In this document: positions 17,535 through 24,896 of the stretch, in pieces
Numbering within the stretch: position 1 is the stretch's first letter
Layout of the letters: each line of letters starts with the position of its first letter
Assembly (NCBI GenBank): GCA_963666305.1
Contig: OY762722.1
Coordinates: forward strand, 5,378,903-5,442,902
Reading direction: 5' to 3'
DNA from: Candidatus Poribacteria bacterium
GTDB lineage: Bacteria; Poribacteria; WGA-4E; WGA-3G
DNA length: 64,000 nt
Made by a program: the position numbers and the translations under genes
The notes under the pieces: model-generated
What the model saw: only the letters and a program-made list of their open reading frames with translations
What the model was told of the DNA's origin: nothing
Databases searched by the model: none

Positions 17535-18662
17535 CTATCCAAACAGATATTTTTGCACCACATCTTCTCGCACCGTGACTCCCAGTCCGGGGACATCCCG
17601 GACAGCCACATAACCATCCTCTTGTACCCACGGATCACTGACCAATTCATGCTGCATCGGGGATTCATGGGGCTTAAAATCCGTACAATCGGCATGTGTC
17701 GAACTCGCGAGCATATGCAGACTCGCAGCGGTGTTTAAGGCACTACTCCATGAATGGGCACTAAACAGAAGGTTCTCTGCCTCAATCAGTTTGATGACAT
17801 GTCGGCTGCCGGTGAGTCCATGGCACCGCCCCGGATCAATTTGGACGATATCGACACCGCCGGACTGGATGAGCCGTTTGTAACTTTCGACATCCCACTC
17901 ATCTTCACCTGTGCCAATGGGTGTCATAACCGCTGACCGCAGTTGGGCGTATGCTTCAAAGTTTTGAGGTGGTAGGGGTTGCTCAATCCATTTGAGTCGA
18001 TAGGGCTCAAGATCTCGGAAACGTTGAATCGCTGTCGGGACATCCCAAATGCGACGGTGTCCAGGCGTATCAATGACAAACTCAAGCTCATCTCCAATCA
18101 CCTCACGCACACGACGAATCATCTCAATATCCCGCTGGCGGTCGAGACCGAATACCGCCTCTGGGCGCATTCCCCATCCGCCTTTGACGACGCGGTAGTT
18201 TTGCTCTCGCAACCACCGGAATTCGTTGAGCGTCCAGTCCAAGTCTTCCATATCGAAGATAAATGATGCCATTGCGACGATTTTGTCGTGTATTTGACCG
18301 CCAAGGAGTTGGCAGACAGGCAGACCGAGTGCCTGTCCCTTTAAGTCCCATAACGCCATATCCACAGCACTGACGGCGAATGCGGCGATGCCTTCGGGAC
18401 CATACCACCAGATGTGGTCGAGCATTTTATGCCAGTGTCGTTCCACATCCAAGGCATCTTCACCCGTAAGCATCGGCGCAAATCCTTGGTCAATAATTAT
18501 CTGTGTTGCGAGTGTCGCTTCTCGGAATTGTGAGATACACTCCCCCCAACCCACGAGACCGTCATCACTCTCCACACGGGCAAGCGTGATATAACGTTCA
18601 ATACCCTTGTAGTGTGGTTCTGGGTACGCAAGCGGAAACGCCTGAATCTTTTGAATTTTCAT
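17535..18662 (-). CDS. mandelate racemase/muconate lactonizing enzyme family protein
   Basis: 375 aa; GLVGWGEC...AVDMALWDLKGQALGLPVCQLLGG. Confidence 0.85.
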   Translation of the reverse strand: MKIQKIQAFPLAYPEPHYKGIERYITLARVESDDGLVGWGECISQFREATLATQIIIDQGFAPMLTGEDALDVERHWHKMLDHIWWYGPEGIAAFAVSAVDMALWDLKGQALGLPVCQLLGGQIHDKIVAMASFIFDMEDLDWTLNEFRWLREQNYRVVKGGWGMRPEAVFGLDRQRDIEMIRRVREVIGDELEFVIDTPGHRRIWDVPTAIQRFRDLEPYRLKWIEQPLPPQNFEAYAQLRSAVMTPIGTGEDEWDVESYKRLIQSGGVDIVQIDPGRCHGLTGSRHVIKLIEAENLLFSAHSWSSALNTAASLHMLASSTHADCTDFKPHESPMQHELVSDPWVQEDGYVAVRDVPGLGVTVREDVVQKYLFG

Positions 18663-18861
18663 ACCGTTTTTATCTCCGTTTAGATTGATTGATTTTACGA
18701 GGGAACAAAATACGACTACACTATACTAACGTGAGTTCGACATAAATGACTATAGACATGTTGCTCCTCTGGAGCAAAGACACGCGTTTTGGATGTGTTG
18801 GTCTGTCTTTCGTTCAATTGACCCTATGTGATGAACCAATTTCTTATATCAAACTCACTTA

Positions 18862-20784
18862 CTACGGCCAAATTCCATAAGTCGGTATATTAAACACCAT
18901 GCCCAATATTGTCCACAGACTCCCGATGGTAAATTGCCCCAGTATCAACCCCAAGAAAAATGGCATTGCCTTTCGATGGGCATTCCTTCCACCGTATTTT
19001 AGCAGAACCAATTTCAGCAACCACACCACCCCCAGACTAAACCAGATGTAATTGACTGCCCAACTCCCACACACCGTGGCATACGCTGCCGGGTGAAAAG
19101 GGAACCAGAAAAACTTCATCCGCATCAACATAAGGAAAAGCGCGAACAGTAAACCAATTCCGGTAAACCCTACTGCCCAATAGTCCGGGGCAAGCGGGTT
19201 TGTTAACCATTTTTGCAGTTGCGTCCACGGTTCAGATCCGTATATGACCGGGACGCGAGACATTTCATGTAAAGCACCGAGTCGATAGGGTATGGATATA
19301 AGTGCCCAAAATTGCGAAAGAATACCGACGAACAGAGCAATAAGGATCGCAAATAGCATAAAACGGCTCCGGATTCCTGCTGTTGAGGCAAGTTTGAATC
19401 CTTCAAGTTGGTGAGGCATTGGATGGGAATCGAAAGTGCGCGTAAAAAACCAGAAAAAAGAGAACATCGAAAGATTATTCGGTCCCAACCTACGGGTGCC
19501 TACAGCGGCAACCATAACCCGTTCGGGTCCTGTATAGTGCAAATCGTGCATTGGCGATCCGAGTTCGGCTCGCATTCGAGAAACCGCTGTCGAGAAGGCA
19601 AAATAGAGTCCAAAAAAGACAAAAATCGCCCAGACGGACATACCCGCTCTCAAACAGAAAAATGTCAGGAACGCACTGCCAGCGATAAGCGCGAGAACAA
19701 CCGACCAGTTCGACATCGGTTCATCCGGCGTAGACGTGGAACGGACTTTCGCACCGAATAAGTTCTGAAGGTGTTCCCGGCTCCTCCATAAGGCAATTAG
19801 AAAGATGCCCATATAGGCACCAAATCCCTGATAGTTGATGTAAGGATAACCCGTCCCTTCCAAGCCCGCAACGCTTCCGATGACCTGTTGCCCCTTCCAC
19901 ACCCAAAAGAAAAACCAACTCGAAAACAACAGATCCAACGGAATCAGAAACCCAATTCCTAAAACAAACGGATAAATCCCCAATCTCAGCCAACCCATTG
20001 CGGAAAAAGGTTTTTCTGTGAATCTGAAGCGGTATGCTTTCTCGTATACGGAGGGTATCGCAGGAAAGACGTGGTGGAGACCGTTAACGATGTCGAAAGC
20101 CGCTACAAGCCCGAAACCAATCCACATCAGCCGATTCGTGAAAAAGCCGTCGCTTGTCATTCGAGCCGGAAGTTGGATGATCGGATATGCCAGTTTCTCA
20201 TCTTCCGTCCACGGTTTCCGTACAATGACATTGATACAGAGCATAACAAAAAGCAGCGTGAAGAGAAAGGCAAACCAATTGATCACAGGGGTTAGCCAGC
20301 CCAACAGGTGCCGCGTTGTGTACAGCGTAGAATCTCCGTCGTAGTAGCCTGAAAGAACGCCTTTATCCGCTACAGCAAGCCATCCCGGAATATACCGCCA
20401 AAACAGGTCTTTCCAATCGTTCTCTGTCGTTGCGAACCAGAAGGCGTGCCCCAATGTGGAGACCAAAATCTCCATCATGCTGTGTCCCGCAGTGGCGGAT
20501 GCGACAGATAGCATGACATAAATGACCAGAAGTTCACCTTGGGATAGTGCTAACCGAGGCAGGAATCGCTTGAATATCCGGTTGAATCCTATCAACACAA
20601 GCACATTAAAAACAACCGTGAAAATAAGCGAGACGATCGTAGGCTGTGCGGAATATTGGACAAGTTCAATATAGGTAATCCAATAGCAATTGACAGGGAT
20701 AAGAACAAGTCCAATTGCTATAGACCGCCAGCCGACTGATGAGGACGGTTTTGATGAGGATAGGGTCGGTTTCGTGTGCGGCAT
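18862..20784 (-). CDS. 640-aa polytopic membrane protein of unknown function (paralogue of 35769-37691)
   Basis: Many hydrophobic segments. Shares FATTENDWKDLFWRYIPGW / FATPENEWRSLFFQHIPEW, WTEDEKLAYPIIQLP / WVEYEKCTFPLVQLP and the C-terminal KYGG...FLGLILG blocks with the paralogue. Confidence 0.75.
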   Translation of the reverse strand: MPHTKPTLSSSKPSSSVGWRSIAIGLVLIPVNCYWITYIELVQYSAQPTIVSLIFTVVFNVLVLIGFNRIFKRFLPRLALSQGELLVIYVMLSVASATAGHSMMEILVSTLGHAFWFATTENDWKDLFWRYIPGWLAVADKGVLSGYYDGDSTLYTTRHLLGWLTPVINWFAFLFTLLFVMLCINVIVRKPWTEDEKLAYPIIQLPARMTSDGFFTNRLMWIGFGLVAAFDIVNGLHHVFPAIPSVYEKAYRFRFTEKPFSAMGWLRLGIYPFVLGIGFLIPLDLLFSSWFFFWVWKGQQVIGSVAGLEGTGYPYINYQGFGAYMGIFLIALWRSREHLQNLFGAKVRSTSTPDEPMSNWSVVLALIAGSAFLTFFCLRAGMSVWAIFVFFGLYFAFSTAVSRMRAELGSPMHDLHYTGPERVMVAAVGTRRLGPNNLSMFSFFWFFTRTFDSHPMPHQLEGFKLASTAGIRSRFMLFAILIALFVGILSQFWALISIPYRLGALHEMSRVPVIYGSEPWTQLQKWLTNPLAPDYWAVGFTGIGLLFALFLMLMRMKFFWFPFHPAAYATVCGSWAVNYIWFSLGVVWLLKLVLLKYGGRNAHRKAMPFFLGLILGQFTIGSLWTILGMVFNIPTYGIWP

Positions 20785-20838
20785 TTCGGATCTGTTTCAA
20801 AAATCCTGATCCATACATAGGACTTCACAGTTTCCGTA

Positions 20839-20863
20839 GGTGTTTTTGCTTGGGTGTTTCCCC
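20839..20863 (-). repeat. GAAACACCCAAGCAAAA motif copy 1
   Basis: Minus-strand sequence GGGGAAACACCCAAGCAAAAACACC, about 60 nt upstream of the 20784 start, in sense orientation. Confidence 0.6.
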
Positions 20864-21009
20864 TTAGGTAGAGCGGTGAGTGCCCAAGAATCCTTCAGTT
20901 TACCAAGAAAAACCTGCTTTGCAATGACACGTTCATGAAAATAGACATAGCGAAACCCAACAATCCAACACCGCTCGTGTGAGAATGTGTCAGATTTCCA
21001 ATTATATGC

Positions 21010-21834
21010 TTAGGTCAAATTCACGTTACTACCCTCTTGATACGAGAAAACCAATGGCAGGTGTTCATCATCCGCCAGCACATCGCCGACCTCTAACTTC
21101 GCAAATACTTCATCGGGCAACGCGCTTTTTTTCCCATTGAATGTGGCATCTTCCGGCATAAAGAGCATAGCAAACGCACGGCGGGGATGCGTCGTCATAT
21201 TGGGTCCCGCCGCATGCGCGGTCATCCCGCTGATGAATACACCGGCTCCCGCTTTCATCTCAGCCGCGTAAGGTTCAATCTCCGCCCATTCTGGATATTC
21301 GCGAAACAACTCGCCGATGCCAACCTGTCCGAGACTCCCACCAACCTCAAAACCGCTCGTCTTATGTGTACCGGGCAGAAAATACAAACAGCCGTTTTGA
21401 AGCGTTGCATCATCAAGAGCTATCCAGAACATGATTGCCTGATGTGAATAGAACGGGTCATACGGATTATCGACATGGAAGTTCGTCGGATTTGCCCACG
21501 GTTGCTTAACCATAGCGTGGTCGTGATACAATCGCACACCTGAAGTACCGGCGAGGTCTGCCGCCAGTCTACCCAACTCAGGGTTGAGAATCAACTGTTT
21601 AATCTTCTCGCTCGTCTTCCACAAATTGACGCATTGAACGAAGACATTCTTGTAGTAGCTGTCTTCTCCGCTTTGGTTGTGATAGGCATCAGAACGGCTC
21701 ACATGCTGCGCGACAGCCTCATCAACGGTATCCTGCCATAATGACAACTCGGAACCTTTTAGGAAATCATCAATAATCAGAAATCCATTTTCACGATAAA
21801 AATCAATCTGATCGCTCGTAACTTGTGTATTCAT
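21010..21834 (-). CDS. PhyH-family dioxygenase
   Basis: 274 aa; IDFYRENGFLIIDDFL N-terminus; HVDNP and TAHAAGPN His motifs. Confidence 0.85.
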   Translation of the reverse strand: MNTQVTSDQIDFYRENGFLIIDDFLKGSELSLWQDTVDEAVAQHVSRSDAYHNQSGEDSYYKNVFVQCVNLWKTSEKIKQLILNPELGRLAADLAGTSGVRLYHDHAMVKQPWANPTNFHVDNPYDPFYSHQAIMFWIALDDATLQNGCLYFLPGTHKTSGFEVGGSLGQVGIGELFREYPEWAEIEPYAAEMKAGAGVFISGMTAHAAGPNMTTHPRRAFAMLFMPEDATFNGKKSALPDEVFAKLEVGDVLADDEHLPLVFSYQEGSNVNLT

Positions 21835-21864
21835 AGTATCTTAAGTGGATCGGAATACGTGCCT

Positions 21865-22668
21865 TCAATCATAGTTACTGGGTCGATGATCGCCCATGAG
21901 TCGTTTCTGTTGAGGGTTCGCCTGAGCAAGAATCAATTCATCAAACTGAAATTTATTTAGATAGGGCGGGTATTTCTGTGTAATCATCCGCTGCGCATAG
22001 TGCACCTGCAAAAGGTAACGGGTTTCGTCACTCGTATTGGCAGAACCACGATGCCAGACTTCACTGCGGAAAAGCACCACGTCCCCTGCATTGCACAAGA
22101 TACTCTCTTCACCCCGATTATTCCATTCTGTTGCTCCGTTTGGAGAACACCCGGAGAAATGGCTCCCCGGAACGAACTTTGTCGGTCCCAATTCCTCATA
22201 CATATCGTTGAGATAGTAATGCGCAGTCGTGATGAAGATTGGAACTTTGACGCGCGGATCCGAACGAACGTCTGCCGGTAGAGAGATCGGCAGCCAATCG
22301 GTATGTAACCCCTGATCCGGACGTCCCGATCCCGTTACCCACGATTGCATGCCGATGCAATGACAATCCTCGCCGTGCGTCGCCTCGGCAACTTCAATAA
22401 TGGGGGATTTGTCAAGGAATTGGAGATACAACGGGTCTCGATTAAACGAGTTATTGATGATTTTGTTGAGGAATTTGCCACCATTTTGAGGTGTTTGGTG
22501 CCGATCCAAACACTCTGGGATCGTCTCTAATCGATCCATCATAGCTCGCAATTTGGCGACTTCCTCAGTATTAAGCACGCTCGGGAAATAGACATAACCA
22601 TCTCTTTCCAATGCTTCCACTTGGCTTTCTAAATCGTTGTGTGCCACGAGTGAGAGGGCTTTTGCCAT
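21865..22668 (-). CDS. PhyH-family dioxygenase (paralogue of 23937-24740)
   Basis: 267 aa; GLHTDW and VWHRGSANTS motifs; high (roughly 85-90% by eye) aa identity to 23937-24740. Confidence 0.85.
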   Translation of the reverse strand: MAKALSLVAHNDLESQVEALERDGYVYFPSVLNTEEVAKLRAMMDRLETIPECLDRHQTPQNGGKFLNKIINNSFNRDPLYLQFLDKSPIIEVAEATHGEDCHCIGMQSWVTGSGRPDQGLHTDWLPISLPADVRSDPRVKVPIFITTAHYYLNDMYEELGPTKFVPGSHFSGCSPNGATEWNNRGEESILCNAGDVVLFRSEVWHRGSANTSDETRYLLQVHYAQRMITQKYPPYLNKFQFDELILAQANPQQKRLMGDHRPSNYD

Positions 22669-22781
22669 TGTCAGTACTCCTTGAGGATTTTAAAATTGTC
22701 CAAAGTCTGATAATTTAAAGTGCGCACTGCTGGGCTATCCAATCCCCTGAAGCCAGCAAACGTACCTTAAAAGGCAAGGTT

Positions 22782-22811
22782 AAAAAAAAGGCGAGGTTTG
22801 AAAACCTCGCC
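22782..22811 (-). terminator. rho-independent terminator of sodC (minus strand)
   Basis: On the minus strand, GGCGAGGTT-TTCA-AACCTCGCC followed by T8. Confidence 0.8.
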
Positions 22812-22833
22812 AGTAAAAGTAGAATGGCTACAG

Positions 22834-23409
22834 TTACTCTGCTAACACAATGACACCGCACCCGATACGCGCGCCTGCCGCACCCGAAGGTTGCGAGGTG
22901 AAATCGTCCGCGCCAGCATGCACAATGATGCCTTTGCCGACAACATCTATGTCGGAACCTGTGCCGATTTCCCAGAGATCTGTCGTCAATGTAATACTGC
23001 CTGTTCCATCTCCTCCGACGGTGCTATTGCCGATGTCCCCGAGATGAAACTCACCTACGCCCCATTTTCCGTGCGCAACATCCGTGGGATTCCAGTGACC
23101 GCCAGCGGATGTACCGTCGGGCGCACTGCAATCCCCGTTTGCGTGGATATGAACGGCGTGAAGACCAGGGGTTGCGTCCTGAATCTCAACTGTGAGCGTG
23201 ATGTAGTCGCCGTTTTGTGTGAAGACTGCCATTCCAGTTACGCCACTGTCGTTCGATGAGTTAATTATGGCGTGTGCTTGTTTCGCGGGTGCGGTTGTAA
23301 GAACGTCTACCTGTTGACGCGCTCTCTCACAACCCATCAATATGATAGAAATACCAATCAATAGGAAGGATGCGGACTTTACACTGATGGAAAATAAACG
23401 CGTTTTCAT
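22834..23409 (-). CDS. sodC: Cu/Zn superoxide dismutase, lipoprotein-type signal
   Basis: HAVHIHANGDCS, GGHWNP, GDIGN, IVHAGADD and GARIGCGVI motifs; lipobox ILMGC. Confidence 0.9.
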   Translation of the reverse strand: MKTRLFSISVKSASFLLIGISIILMGCERARQQVDVLTTAPAKQAHAIINSSNDSGVTGMAVFTQNGDYITLTVEIQDATPGLHAVHIHANGDCSAPDGTSAGGHWNPTDVAHGKWGVGEFHLGDIGNSTVGGDGTGSITLTTDLWEIGTGSDIDVVGKGIIVHAGADDFTSQPSGAAGARIGCGVIVLAE

Positions 23410-23936
23410 GGATAACTCCTCTGCTAAAGCTTGTTAATCTAACGTGAGTTAGATGCGGATGGTTCGTAAATCCTATGTATTGAAAAATAGTTTTGATGTG
23501 AGTAAGGCAGTTGCCACCGAACATGCCTTAACACTAAGCGTTGTAAAAGTGGTACACCAAGTCCGAAAACAGTTGCCACCGACTTTCTTTATTCGTGCTT
23601 CAAGGTGCCTGGATGGCAGGCAATTGATCGTGAGGCGGTTGGCACACCATATAGTTATAATAGGTTAATTTAAAAAAATATACACGTTAAAAATAATAGA
23701 GTCTATATCTAACTATAGATTATACGAAATTTCCAAGGAAAACAAACTATTTCCATAAAATCAGGGGTTGGATATACATGTAGGTTTGTTAGAAACGTGG
23801 TCTGTGTTTCTCAAAAGGGTACCCCTTTCCAGGAACCGGTGGAGACTCCGACTCGTAGTCGTGCAATTCATTGGGCATAGGGTTATGGAATTACCGAAAT
23901 ATTTTATTAATTTTCATTTAAATCGTTAAAAAAACC

Positions 23937-24740
23937 TCAATCATAGTTACTCGGTCGATGGTCGCCCATGAGCCGTTTCTGTCGAAGGCTCGCTTGAGCA
24001 AGAATCGATGCATCAAACTGAAACTTATTCAGATAAGGTGGGTATTTCTGTGTGATCATCCGCTGGGCATAGTGCACCTGCATGAGGTAACGGGTTTCGT
24101 CACTCGTATTGGCTGAGCCACGATGCCAGACTTCACTACGGAAAAGCACCACGTCCCCCGCATTACATAAGATACTCTCTTCACCCCGGTTATTCCACTC
24201 GGTTGCCCCGTTTGGAGAGCACCCAGAAAAATGACTGCCCGGGACAAACTTCGTCGGTCCCAATTCCTCATACATATCGTTGAGGTAGTAATGGGCGGTA
24301 GTGATGAAGATTGGGATTTTGACGCGGGGATCCGAACGAACGTCTGCAGGTAGACTGATTGGCAGCCAATCCGAATGTAATCCCTGATCCGGGCGTCCCG
24401 GACCTGTCAGCCACGAATGCATACCGATGCAATGAAAATCCTCACCGTGAGCCGCCTCGGCAACTTCAAAAACGGGCGATCTGTCAAGGAATTGGAGATA
24501 CAGCGGGTCTCGATTAAACGAGTTGCTGATGAGTTTATGGAGGAATGCGTCGCCATTTTGAGGTGTTTCGTCCCGATCGTGAGACGCTGGAATCGCCTCT
24601 AATCGATCCATGGTTGCGCGCAATTCAGCGATTTCATCGGTCCCAAGCACGCTGGGGAAATAGACATAACCATCTCTTTCCAATGCTTCAACTTGGCTTT
24701 CTAAATCGTTATGTGCCACAAGGGAGAGGACTTTCGCCAT
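23937..24740 (-). CDS. PhyH-family dioxygenase (paralogue of 21865-22668)
   Basis: Start taken at MAKVLSLVAHNDL (24740) by alignment with the paralogue. The motifs are the same. Confidence 0.85.
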   Translation of the reverse strand: MAKVLSLVAHNDLESQVEALERDGYVYFPSVLGTDEIAELRATMDRLEAIPASHDRDETPQNGDAFLHKLISNSFNRDPLYLQFLDRSPVFEVAEAAHGEDFHCIGMHSWLTGPGRPDQGLHSDWLPISLPADVRSDPRVKIPIFITTAHYYLNDMYEELGPTKFVPGSHFSGCSPNGATEWNNRGEESILCNAGDVVLFRSEVWHRGSANTSDETRYLMQVHYAQRMITQKYPPYLNKFQFDASILAQASLRQKRLMGDHRPSNYD

Positions 24741-24896
24741 TTTCGGTACTCCTTTCGGACGACAGCAACGGGTCAATACTTATCGGATATGATAAGTTAA
24801 CTCTGGCGCAGTTGTCAATAAAAAAATGTGCCGGAACTGGATTTCAAACACCCAGGTTTCTTCTAAGGTCCACTACAAAGCGATTGTCCCGATACC

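Noticed and set aside
21865-24740. Recent tandem duplication or gene conversion of the PhyH paralogues.
   Set aside because: Many synonymous nucleotide differences occur throughout, even where the proteins are identical. This argues for an old duplication under purifying selection.
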